From Thermodesulfobacteriota bacterium (lineage in GTDB: Bacteria; Desulfobacterota; WTBG01; CAIYCZ01; CAIRTM01): a stretch of 32,000 nt of DNA. The stretch's first letter is position 1. Each line of letters opens with the position of its first letter. Below the pieces are notes generated by a model. That model was given only the letters and a program-made list of their open reading frames with translations. It did not search any database and was not told the DNA's origin. Shown here in pieces: positions 8,485 through 17,070 of the stretch. The DNA lies in contig JANQGV010000250.1 in NCBI GenBank assembly GCA_028282925.1, forward strand, positions 6,917 to 38,916, written 5' to 3'. Position numbers and translations under genes: made by a program.

Positions 8485-8697
8485 ATAAGACGCAAGCGCC
8501 TCCTCCTTTTCTTTGCGCGCCAAAGAAAAGGAGGCAAAAGAAAGGCGCCCTGCAACTTGCCCCGCCCAAGGCGGGATACCCTCGGGGCACGATTTCAGTC
8601 GGCGGGTCAACAAACTCGCCCCAGAAAAGCGGGGCTCAAACATGTCGACCCTTGTCTCCTCCTGAAATCGCTGCACTCGGCTGCGTTGCAAAGGGAT
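8485..8697. mobile_element. intergenic repeat element, family A, copy 2 (uninterrupted)
   Basis: See 1136..1508. The left-end hairpin is GCCTCCTCCTTTTCTTTG-cgcgc-CAAAGAAAAGGAGGC, with base changes relative to copy 1 that keep the pairing. The ORFs called here (8421..8735, 8482..8691) have counterparts in the copy-1 region (1168..1452, 1329..1550) and look spurious. Confidence 0.75.
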
Positions 8698-8750
8698 CGC
8701 AACACATAGGTAGTATGCAAGAACTAAAAACCTGAGCCAATCGTAGAGGA

Positions 8751-9728
8751 TTACCTTTTAGGAAATATTTCAAAATGTTGTGTGCATGCGTCGGTCAGTT
8801 GCCGGTCGAGGGTATAGTAGAGTTTGATTACGGTCCGGCCGGTCGGGGTTGCCGCAAGCACTGTGTCGCGGTAGTGCCTGAAAAAGGCGGCTTCCGGTGA
8901 CTGCGGGCCGTAGATTTCCTCAATAAAGCAGGACGATGGTTTCTCGGGGTCACCAGGATCAACGGGATCGGCTGGAAGAGGCTCCATTGCTATGTTGATT
9001 GTGCTGGTTTCTCCTGCTTCAACGGTGACCTGGGTTGAAAAAGAGAGATAGCCGTTGGCGGTGGCGGAAAGGATGAAATTTCCTGCCGAGTGTACCATCT
9101 GATAGACACCCCTGTCGGGCAGGGCCGCTGTGCCGATATCGGTCCTGATCAGGCCGTTGTTCAAGGGTGCCTCGCTTTGGGCATCGGTAAATGTGCCGGT
9201 GATGGTTCCAGTGCCGATAGGTTTGCCCGACGATGTGCCCGGTTGCACCATCAGGCGATAGTCGGTGTCGTCGCCGTAAACGGCCGGGTCGCTGTTTCGC
9301 AGCCGGATATAGTAAATACCTTCCCGGGTAATGGTAAACGTTACGGTTGTTTCTTCTCCGGCAACGGCATCATCAAAGGGGTCGGTAAGCAGGGTTTTGC
9401 CGTCGTCTGTATACACCTCGATAACAATGGAGCATCGGGAGCCGACATCCGAGATGTAGACAATGTACTCATGGTCATCCTTGTCGTCATCGATATAGCC
9501 GAAAAACTTTACCCAGTCTTCATCCCCTTCATCATGAAACGTGTGCAGGGCCGGGGCGGCACTGCTGCCGGTGTCGACCACATGGGCAGTTAAATAGGTA
9601 TCGTCGTCCTCAAAGGCATCGGGATCAGACGCCCACAGGCATGAGGCCGCAAGCAGCAGGATCAGAATAACCGGACTGCAAAGGGCGGTTGTCCGGTAAT
9701 GCCTGTATCTGGATGATCCTTTTTTCAT
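8751..9728 (-). CDS. secreted protein: PPC-like domain, CarboxypepD_reg-like domain and a Cys-Phe-Ile C-terminal module
   Basis: I moved the start to MKKGSS (ATG at 9728, GGAG 6 nt upstream). Signal peptide present. DDDTYLTAHVV...FHDEGDEDWVKF...YYIRLRN resembles a bacterial pre-peptidase C-terminal domain. GTITGTFTD...ANGYLSFSTQVTVEAGETSTINIAMEP resembles a carboxypeptidase-regulatory fold. The C-terminus is CFIEEIYGPQSPEAAFFRHYRDTVL..GR..IKLYY. Confidence 0.7.
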   Translation of the reverse strand: MKKGSSRYRHYRTTALCSPVILILLLAASCLWASDPDAFEDDDTYLTAHVVDTGSSAAPALHTFHDEGDEDWVKFFGYIDDDKDDHEYIVYISDVGSRCSIVIEVYTDDGKTLLTDPFDDAVAGEETTVTFTITREGIYYIRLRNSDPAVYGDDTDYRLMVQPGTSSGKPIGTGTITGTFTDAQSEAPLNNGLIRTDIGTAALPDRGVYQMVHSAGNFILSATANGYLSFSTQVTVEAGETSTINIAMEPLPADPVDPGDPEKPSSCFIEEIYGPQSPEAAFFRHYRDTVLAATPTGRTVIKLYYTLDRQLTDACTQHFEIFPKR

Positions 9729-10030
9729 AGTCATCTCCTGTTGTATGTAACGTGGGGTTCTTGTTCGTGCCGAAATGATAATATGTTGCGGCGGTGGCGT
9801 CAAACAATAAAAAGGGTGCCGGAATTTTTGTAAAAAACAGGTTGGAAAGGGCGTGCTTTTATGTTTAAATAGTTGGAGTTTGCGGGGATAGAGAGGCTAT
9901 GAGGCTGTCGTAGAACGACCATCTCCGGCGGTGTGCTCACCCTTTGGCACTGCGGCGTACAAGCAAATACGCCTCATGCCAAATGTCAGCGCGCGCTATG
10001 TGTTTGAACATTCTCCAACAGCCTTCCGTT

Positions 10031-11155
10031 ATGAATAAAAACCTGATCAGTATTTTTGCTACGGTATTTCTGCTGGCGTTCGGGATGAGCTTTGTAACCC
10101 CGCTGGTTCCACTTCTGCTGAAACATATCGGCGCCTCATCTGCTTCAATCGGACAGATTCAAACAACTTATTTTCTGTCATTTACCATTGCCACGGCCAT
10201 GCTGGGCCGTTTTATCGACAGGGCCGGTTCTAAAAGACTTATCATAATCGGTCTTGTGGTCTTCGGGTCGGCAATCCTGGCCATGCCTGCCGTGGGACGG
10301 CAGGAATATTTTTACCTCATCCGTGCCGTACAGGGCATCGGATCGGCACTGCTTTTCGCGCCCACCGAAGCTGCAATCAACATCCTTTCCCCGCCGGAAA
10401 AACGTGCATCCAATATGGGGTTGTACGGTGTCGTGTTTGCCGTGGGCTTTGCAATCGGGCCGGCAATCGGTGCATCCCTGTATGCCGTCAGTGTACCGGC
10501 TCCTTTTATTGTGGGCGGGGTCAGCAGTTTTATCGCTGCGGTTGTTCTAGTGGTGAGTTTTGATGAAACCCCGGTACCGGTAAAAAAGGTGCAATGGGGG
10601 TTTGGGCACCTGCTGGCGCTTATCAGCATTCCCATTGCGGCGGCTGCCTGTTATTCCGTAGTTGAGGTTTCCATTGCTTCGTTTCTGCCGCTTTATCTTG
10701 ATGAGCTTGCTATCAGCGGCCCCTCACTGGGTGTTGTTTTTACTGTTTTCGCAATCGGCGGGGCGGTTTCTCCCTATCCGGCCGGGGCCATTGCCGACAA
10801 GTGGGGCAAGCTCCAGGTACTTATTATCTGCGGCATCATGCTTTTTCTGCTCACGTGTGCTTTTATTCTCTTTAAAGGATATTATGTCATATGCTTTTTG
10901 ACCTTTGGTGTCGGACTGATTGCCGGTGCTCTATATCCGGTGGCGCTGGCCTTTATCGGCGAGCGCGTCCCGCCCGAGCGAATGGGGTCTGCAAATGCCT
11001 GTTTCAGCTTTTTTTACGGCCTGGGGTGTGTCGTTGGTCCCATAACAACCGGCTGGGTCGTGGAGCTGACCTCGATTCATTACATGTTTTATCCCATGAG
11101 CTGTATAACCTTCCTGTTTATTGTGATGAGCCTGACCGGAATTGCTAAAAAATAG
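10031..11155 (+). CDS. MFS transporter
   Basis: About 12 hydrophobic segments. The loop GRFIDRAGSKR resembles MFS motif A. The start is uncertain: ATG 10031 was chosen over the upstream alternatives 9944 and 9998. Confidence 0.75.
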   Translation: MNKNLISIFATVFLLAFGMSFVTPLVPLLLKHIGASSASIGQIQTTYFLSFTIATAMLGRFIDRAGSKRLIIIGLVVFGSAILAMPAVGRQEYFYLIRAVQGIGSALLFAPTEAAINILSPPEKRASNMGLYGVVFAVGFAIGPAIGASLYAVSVPAPFIVGGVSSFIAAVVLVVSFDETPVPVKKVQWGFGHLLALISIPIAAAACYSVVEVSIASFLPLYLDELAISGPSLGVVFTVFAIGGAVSPYPAGAIADKWGKLQVLIICGIMLFLLTCAFILFKGYYVICFLTFGVGLIAGALYPVALAFIGERVPPERMGSANACFSFFYGLGCVVGPITTGWVVELTSIHYMFYPMSCITFLFIVMSLTGIAKK

Positions 11156-11525
11156 AGCGCACCGTCTGGAACAACAAACCGGAATTCTTGTGGTATGGCT
11201 GCCTGTTTTTTTTAACACTCTTACAGTGTATTCCCGTATTCCCGCCTTCATATATTTCTGTAGCATATGAGTATTAGTACGGATTGTGCTCTGGTGGTTT
11301 TGCGGCTATGGTTAAATAATATCTCCCGATTCTGGATGCATAAGCGGCACCGGTTGCAAAGTGATTTAAAAAAAGCTTTTTCCTGTGCATATATTCATCT
11401 CGCACTTGAAAAAACCCGAAGGACCCGTTACGTGCTTTCAATGCCGTACTAATTTACAATAGTTTGAATTGTCGGTGCCGAATCAGCAACATGTATATGC
11501 CGACATATTTCAGGATGCAATACCT

Positions 11526-12998
11526 ATGGCAAATGTACTGATCATTGATGATGACCCCGTGATGTGTGCAATGCTGCGCCGACTCATCCAGGGGTTGGGA
11601 CACAAGCCGAAATGTGCATTCTCCATTGATGTGGGTCGAAAAAAGATCAAATCGGGTGCAAACGATGTTGTGCTTCTTGATGTCGGTTTGCCCGACGGTA
11701 ACGGCCTTAACCTGCTGGCTGATATCCGTCGGATTGCATGTCCTCCTGAAGTCATCGTGATCACCGCGGCGGGAGACAAGGCAGGTGCGGAACAGGCCAT
11801 CAGAAACGGGGCCTGGGACTATATTGAAAAGCCTTTTTCCAAGCGGTGTATGTCGCAGGCCATAACCTGTGCCGTCGAGTATCGTTCCTCCAAGCTCAAG
11901 TCGGGCGCTCCTTTCGTTTTGAAGCGTGATAATATTATCGGTAACAGCTACCAAATGAGTGAATGTCTGGGTATGCTTTCCCAGGCGGCCGCCACCGATG
12001 CGTCGGTTTTGATAACCGGTGAATCAGGAACCGGGAAGGAGCTTTTTGCAAAGGCGGTGCATGAAAACAGCCTGCGCAAAGACAAAAATTTTATTGTGAT
12101 TGATTGTGCCGCAATTCCCGAAACGCTTGTGGAGAGTTTGCTGTTCGGTTATCGCAAGGGGGCCTTCACGGGGGCCGATAAGGACTGCGACGGCCTCATA
12201 AAGCAGGCTGACGGAGGAACGCTTTTTCTCGACGAAGTAGGTGAGCTGCCTTTGAGCTTTCAGAAAGTGTTGCTCAGGGTTTTTCAGGAACGGAAGTTTC
12301 GTCCGATCGGGTCCGATCGCGAAGAGACCAGTGACTTCAGACTGGTAACTGCAACAAATCGAAACCTGCAGGATATGGCCGCCCGCGGCGAATTTCGCGC
12401 AGACCTGCTTTTTCGTTTGCAGGCAATTACCATTGGGATTCCACCCCTTCGGTTCAGGCATGATGACATTCAGGATATTTGCATACACTATGTGATAAAG
12501 TTTTGTGAGCGGAACAATCTCGGCATTAAGGGTTTCTCTTCGGAATTTTTTGACGCCCTGTATGCATACCCCTGGCCCGGAAATGTGCGGGAACTGATCA
12601 ACGCCATCGAGTGGGCGGTGTCGTCTGCTGAAAACGCCAAGGTCATTTTCCCAAAGCAATTGCCTCAACATATTCGTATCCAGATTGCGCGGTCGTCATT
12701 CAAGGACGAGCAGGATAATGGTGACGAGCACAGGAGAACCGGGCGATATGCGAAGCCGTTTCCCAAATGGCGCGAAGCACGAAAATCCCACGTGTTTGAA
12801 GCCGAGAAAAAGTATTTGAACGATCTCACCCAGCTTGCCGGCAGTATTAAAGAGGCCTGCAAACTTTCCGGTCTGGCACGCACCCAGCTCTACAATCTTT
12901 TGAAAAAGCATGATCTGTCACTGGGAAAAGCCAATTCTTCGCCTTCACGAGAGGTCCCTCTGAATGCCGCCGATGTGCAATGGGCCGCTCGGCAATAA
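11526..12998 (+). CDS. sigma-54-dependent response regulator (NtrC family: REC, AAA+ and Fis-type HTH domains)
   Basis: REC domain: VLIIDDD...VVLLDVGLPDGNG. Walker A: GESGTGKE. Sigma-54 contact loop: GAFTGA. Also GGTLFLDEV, and a C-terminal HTH ACKLSGLARTQLYNLLKKH. The start is set at MANVLIIDDD. Confidence 0.9.
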   Translation: MANVLIIDDDPVMCAMLRRLIQGLGHKPKCAFSIDVGRKKIKSGANDVVLLDVGLPDGNGLNLLADIRRIACPPEVIVITAAGDKAGAEQAIRNGAWDYIEKPFSKRCMSQAITCAVEYRSSKLKSGAPFVLKRDNIIGNSYQMSECLGMLSQAAATDASVLITGESGTGKELFAKAVHENSLRKDKNFIVIDCAAIPETLVESLLFGYRKGAFTGADKDCDGLIKQADGGTLFLDEVGELPLSFQKVLLRVFQERKFRPIGSDREETSDFRLVTATNRNLQDMAARGEFRADLLFRLQAITIGIPPLRFRHDDIQDICIHYVIKFCERNNLGIKGFSSEFFDALYAYPWPGNVRELINAIEWAVSSAENAKVIFPKQLPQHIRIQIARSSFKDEQDNGDEHRRTGRYAKPFPKWREARKSHVFEAEKKYLNDLTQLAGSIKEACKLSGLARTQLYNLLKKHDLSLGKANSSPSREVPLNAADVQWAARQ

Positions 12999-13073
12999 CG
13001 AAGGTATATCTACACCGCTTAGCCGTATCCCTTCATCTCACCTGGTGCGGGTTATTCAATACGGTACGTCGGT

Positions 13074-13094
13074 ATGTTCAGTTTTTTTGAACAT
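13074..13094. promoter_or_regulatory. palindrome ATGTTCA-N7-TGAACAT, a possible upstream activator site for the adjacent EBP
   Basis: A perfect 7-bp inverted repeat centred about 136 bp upstream of the -24 GG. That distance is typical for EBP enhancer sites. A weak terminator role cannot be excluded. Confidence 0.3.
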
Positions 13095-13218
13095 GTCTTG
13101 CAATACTGGACAAACTCAAAGCCTCCCCTTCTGTTCCGTCCCTTGTCAATAGGTGTTTAATGATTATAAGTCCTTGATTTTAGTTTCGATAAAATTATTG
13201 TTTTTTTACGACACCTTT

Positions 13219-13234
13219 TGGCACCGCCATTGCA
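13219..13234 (+). promoter_or_regulatory. sigma-54 (-24/-12) promoter TGGCAC-N5-TTGCA
   Basis: TGGCACcgccaTTGCA is an exact consensus match with GG-N10-GC spacing. It is intergenic, 221 nt after the EBP stop and 199 nt before the next ATG. Confidence 0.8.
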
Positions 13235-13432
13235 ATATACCCTGAGCTATTGAACGGCACATATGTAAGAGGGCGGTTTTGCACGCCAAATATGGCTGTC
13301 GAACGTCATTGTTTACCGTAAATCGTGTGATTTGCCCAATGAGGCAAAGGGAAACGGTCCACCGGCGTGAGCTGTGGTCTTTGAGCCCGGTTGTTTACTT
13401 GATTGGAGCGGGTAATCGCGGGGGATGACTTT

Positions 13433-13864
13433 ATGAATATTCTTTTTTATGTGTCGGTACCGTCGCAGCTTCATAAACTTAACAGTTCGGTTTTTCAGAC
13501 CCTACCGGCAGAAGACACCGTTGAAATATACCGGACGATAGAAGATTTTTCCAAAAGGCTGCGGCGGCCAAAAAAATGGGACAGCCTCGTTATTGCCTGG
13601 GCTGCAGATACAACCGAGCTTGATGCGTTATGTGAGATCAAGGATTTGCTCGTCAATACCAAGGTCATCCTGGTTTTGCCGGATAGGAAAAATGAAACCG
13701 TTCATTGCGGTTGCGGATTTTATCCCCGGGTGTTTGTTTTTGCAGACCAGGACTTAAGCGATCTTGCCGCCGTCCTGAAAAAAATAAGGAGCAGTTTTTA
13801 CCTCTATTGTGGAAACACGTGTAGGAAAGAAACGGCGATACGGCAAAAGCGTTGGGTACGCTGA
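13433..13864 (+). CDS. hypothetical protein with a receiver-like (pseudo-receiver) beta-alpha pattern
   Basis: GGGGGA RBS. ILFYVSV...SLVIAWAAD...KVILVLPD...VFVFADQD alternates like a CheY fold, but it lacks the N-terminal acidic pair and has W where the phospho-Asp is expected. The function assignment is weak. Confidence 0.55.
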   Translation: MNILFYVSVPSQLHKLNSSVFQTLPAEDTVEIYRTIEDFSKRLRRPKKWDSLVIAWAADTTELDALCEIKDLLVNTKVILVLPDRKNETVHCGCGFYPRVFVFADQDLSDLAAVLKKIRSSFYLYCGNTCRKETAIRQKRWVR

Positions 13865-13964
13865 CGGGCAAACAAAACAATAATCGGACGTATCGTGTAA
13901 AAGCGAATGACAATGATATCCGGGGTTTTAGTAAATAATTTTAATCTTAGTATGGGAGGGAAAC

Positions 13965-16841
13965 ATGGTGCATCTTAAAGATGTAAAAATGAAACCAAAG
14001 TTGCTGGGGCTTTTTCTTGGGGTGGGTATTGTTCCAATTATTATTGTGGGCTGGTGGAGTGCCAATACGGCCACCAATGCCCTGATGGAGAAGTCGTACG
14101 ACAAGTTGGAGGCGGTGCGGGGCATCAAGAAAGCCCAGATTGAAAAGTATTTTGCAGAGCGAGAGGGCGACATGGGGGTCCTGATAGAAACCGTGGGGAC
14201 CTTGCGGGCCGAGTCTTTCGCCAAGCTGGTGTCCCTGCGAGAGATCAAAAAAGAGTATATACGGGACTATTTTAAAATCCGTGAGCAGTTAATGTTCGAC
14301 GTCCAGAAGAACCTGCGCTTTACTTCGGCAGTCAAGCCTTTTACCGCAGCATTCAAGCTGGGTACCGAGAGCGCAACCTATAAAAAACTGTACACTCAGA
14401 GAATCGACGGGTTGAAAGTTTTTTGCGACACGTATGGTTTTTATGATGTTTTTTTGATAAGCCCCCAGGGTGATGTTGTTTTTTCGGTAACACAGGAGTC
14501 GGATTTCGGTGAAAATGTTGTGAGCGGAATTTTGAGGGATACGGGTCTGGCAACTGCGTTCAGTAAAGCAAAAAACGGACCAACGCTGGTGGATTTTAAA
14601 TGGTACGATCCATCAAATGAGCCCGCAGCATTTTTCGGTACACCCCTTTTTGATACGGCCGGTACATTTATCGGTGTCGCGGCGTTTCAGGTATCGCTTA
14701 AACAGATCAATGCCATCATGCAGAACCGTGAAGGGCTGGGCGAGACGGGTGAGACCTATCTGGTAGGGCCGGACAAGCTGATGCGGTCCGATTCGTATCT
14801 CGATCCGACGCACCACAGTGTTGTCGCTTCATTTAAGAATCCTGAAAAAGGTAAAGTAGATACTAAGGCGGTACATGAGGCCCTTGCGGGTAAGAGCGGT
14901 GCCGGTGTTATTATAGACTACAACGGTAACCCGGTTCTTTCCGCATACAGCCCTCTCACCATTATGGGGCTGAGCTGGGTTATTCTTGCTGAAATAGATG
15001 TGGCCGAGGCCTTCTGTCCCCGGGACGAAAACGGGAACTATTTCTACGAAAAGTACCAGAAAATGTACGGCTATTATGATCTTTTTCTGATCAATCCGGA
15101 CGGCTACTGTTTTTATACGGTGGCAAAGGAATCCGACTACCAGACCAATTTTATAAAGGGCAAGTACGCCGATTCCAACCTCGGCAAGCTGGTGCAAAGC
15201 GTGATCAGTTCAAAGCAGTTCGGCATAGCCGATTTTGCGCCCTATGCACCTTCCAATAACGAGCCCTGCGCTTTTGTGGCCCAGCCCGTGCTTTATGACG
15301 GTGAAGTCGAGCTGGTGGTGGCCCTGCAGTTACCGATTGAAGCCATAGATGCCATCATGCATAGCCGTGACGGGATGGGAAAGACAGGTGAAACCTACCT
15401 GGTAGGGTCGGACAAACGTATGCGTTCGGATTCATATCTGGATCCCGAGGGCCATTCGGTTAAGGCCTCATTTGCCGGCACCGTGAAAAACAACGGCGTT
15501 GATACCGAGGCGGTCAGTGAAGCCCTGGCCGGTGCTTCCGGGGCAAAAATCATCACCGACTACAACGGTAACCCGGTACTGTCGGCCTATGCCCCCATAA
15601 AGATCGGCGATTTTACCTGGGCACTGCTGGCTGAGATAGACAAGGCCGAAGTCAAGGCCCCCATTAACCGTCTGATCATATCAGTCGTGATCGCCGGGCT
15701 GTTGATCGCGGCCCTTATTGCGGTCATAGCTGTTTTCATTGCCCGCAGTATCGCCGATCCCCTGGTCAAAGGGGTCGAGTTTGCACAATCGGTTTCCGAA
15801 GGAGACCTCACGGTGTCTATAGACATTGATCAGAAAGATGAAGTCGGCATGCTGACCAACGCCTTAAAGGAAATGGTCCGCAAATTGAGCCAGGTTGTGG
15901 GCAATATTACCGCCGGCTCGGATAATGTTGCATCGGGCAGCCAGGAACTCAGCTCCACATCGGAGGAGTTGTCACAGGGGGCCACCGAGCAGTCTGCGGC
16001 CGCCGAAGAAGCCTCATCATCCATGGAACAGATGGGGTCCAATATCAGACAGAACGCCGACAATGCCCTCCAGACGGAAAAAATCGCCCTGCAGGCAGCA
16101 AAAGACGCGAAGGAAGGTGGAAAATCGGTTGAAGAAACGGTTGCTGCAATGAAAAATATCGCCGGCAAAATCTCAATTATCGAGGAAATCGCCCGCCAGA
16201 CCAACCTGCTGGCGCTCAATGCGGCCATTGAAGCCGCCCGTGCAGGTGAAGCGGGTAAGGGTTTTGCCGTAGTGGCATCCGAGGTCAGGAAACTTGCCGA
16301 ACGCAGTCAGCAGGCGGCCGGTGAAATCAACAAGCTTTCGGCTTCAAGTGTGCAGGTTTCTGAAAGCGCCGGTGAAATGCTCAGAAAAATTGTGCCCGAC
16401 ATTCAGAAAACAGCCGAACTTGTCCAGGAAATCAGTGCGGCCTGTAACGAGCAGAATACCGGCGCCGACCAGATCAACCGCGCTATTGGAGAACTCGACA
16501 AGGTAATCCAGCAGAACGCCAGTGCGTCTGAAGAGATGTCCTCAACCGCAGAAGAGCTTTCGTCCCAGGCTGAAGAACTTCAGTCGACAATCGGATTTTT
16601 TAGAATCGGAACCGATGGAACCGGAGGGCGCAGGAGCCTGGCCGGCGCGTGCGGAATCGAGCCCGATCCTAAACAGCAGAGGGCATCAAAAAGAGTGCAT
16701 GTGGCGCATATAGAACAAAAACCGATTATAGACCAGCCCAAGTCCCCGGAACCTCATAACGGTGGAGGCGGAGTTGATCTGGAAATGGGGCCTATTGAAG
16801 ATAAAGGAGATATTCATGACAAAGATTTTGAGCGCTATTAA
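13965..16841 (+). CDS. methyl-accepting chemotaxis protein with two tandem double-Cache-like periplasmic modules, HAMP, an MCP signalling domain and a long C-terminal tail
   Basis: RBS GGGAGGGaaacATG. TM1 is [19 protein letters not shown] and TM2 is [24 protein letters not shown]. Motifs are duplicated: [68 protein letters not shown] and [11 protein letters not shown] twice. MCP core: [41 protein letters not shown]. Confidence 0.9.
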   Translation: MVHLKDVKMKPKLLGLFLGVGIVPIIIVGWWSANTATNALMEKSYDKLEAVRGIKKAQIEKYFAEREGDMGVLIETVGTLRAESFAKLVSLREIKKEYIRDYFKIREQLMFDVQKNLRFTSAVKPFTAAFKLGTESATYKKLYTQRIDGLKVFCDTYGFYDVFLISPQGDVVFSVTQESDFGENVVSGILRDTGLATAFSKAKNGPTLVDFKWYDPSNEPAAFFGTPLFDTAGTFIGVAAFQVSLKQINAIMQNREGLGETGETYLVGPDKLMRSDSYLDPTHHSVVASFKNPEKGKVDTKAVHEALAGKSGAGVIIDYNGNPVLSAYSPLTIMGLSWVILAEIDVAEAFCPRDENGNYFYEKYQKMYGYYDLFLINPDGYCFYTVAKESDYQTNFIKGKYADSNLGKLVQSVISSKQFGIADFAPYAPSNNEPCAFVAQPVLYDGEVELVVALQLPIEAIDAIMHSRDGMGKTGETYLVGSDKRMRSDSYLDPEGHSVKASFAGTVKNNGVDTEAVSEALAGASGAKIITDYNGNPVLSAYAPIKIGDFTWALLAEIDKAEVKAPINRLIISVVIAGLLIAALIAVIAVFIARSIADPLVKGVEFAQSVSEGDLTVSIDIDQKDEVGMLTNALKEMVRKLSQVVGNITAGSDNVASGSQELSSTSEELSQGATEQSAAAEEASSSMEQMGSNIRQNADNALQTEKIALQAAKDAKEGGKSVEETVAAMKNIAGKISIIEEIARQTNLLALNAAIEAARAGEAGKGFAVVASEVRKLAERSQQAAGEINKLSASSVQVSESAGEMLRKIVPDIQKTAELVQEISAACNEQNTGADQINRAIGELDKVIQQNASASEEMSSTAEELSSQAEELQSTIGFFRIGTDGTGGRRSLAGACGIEPDPKQQRASKRVHVAHIEQKPIIDQPKSPEPHNGGGGVDLEMGPIEDKGDIHDKDFERY

Positions 16842-16939
16842 AATGAGAGACTGAGTACACGCAGAACCTGCTCCCGGCGGGCACGCAGCAGCATGCTGTG
16901 TGCCAGGGTGCTGGTGAAAAACTGCATATATATCACTTC

Positions 16940-16976
16940 AGCGGCTGTGCCTGTGTGTGGGTACAGCCGCTTTTTT
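16940..16976 (+). terminator. rho-independent terminator
   Basis: AGCGGCTGT (16940-16948) pairs with ACAGCCGCT (16963-16971) and is followed by a T-run to 16976. Confidence 0.7.
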
Positions 16977-16994
16977 AGGTGTTTAAATAGCATT

Positions 16995-17010
16995 TGGCAA
17001 AACATGCGCA
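16995..17010 (+). promoter_or_regulatory. candidate sigma-54-type promoter TGGCAA-N5-GCGCA
   Basis: GG at 16996-97 and GC at 17008-09 give the canonical GG-N10-GC spacing. It lies 61 nt upstream of ATG 17071. The -12 box is degenerate. Confidence 0.3.
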
Positions 17011-17070
17011 ATATGTTTAAATAGAAGTCGATACGGATGTGCACGATGAGGAGTAAAGGAGCTGTTTGAT

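Noticed and set aside
9843-9858. TGGAAAGGGCGTGCTT considered as a sigma-54 promoter for the MFS gene.
   Set aside because: The GG-to-GC spacing is 9 nt rather than the canonical 10, and the -24 box is poor. It is kept only as part of the shared-motif observation.
13235-13432. The long leader after the sigma-54 promoter, checked for a riboswitch (for example GGCAAAGGGAAACGG versus c-di-GMP-I).
   Set aside because: I could not match any riboswitch consensus or a convincing multi-stem structure by eye. It should only be tested with Rfam/Infernal.
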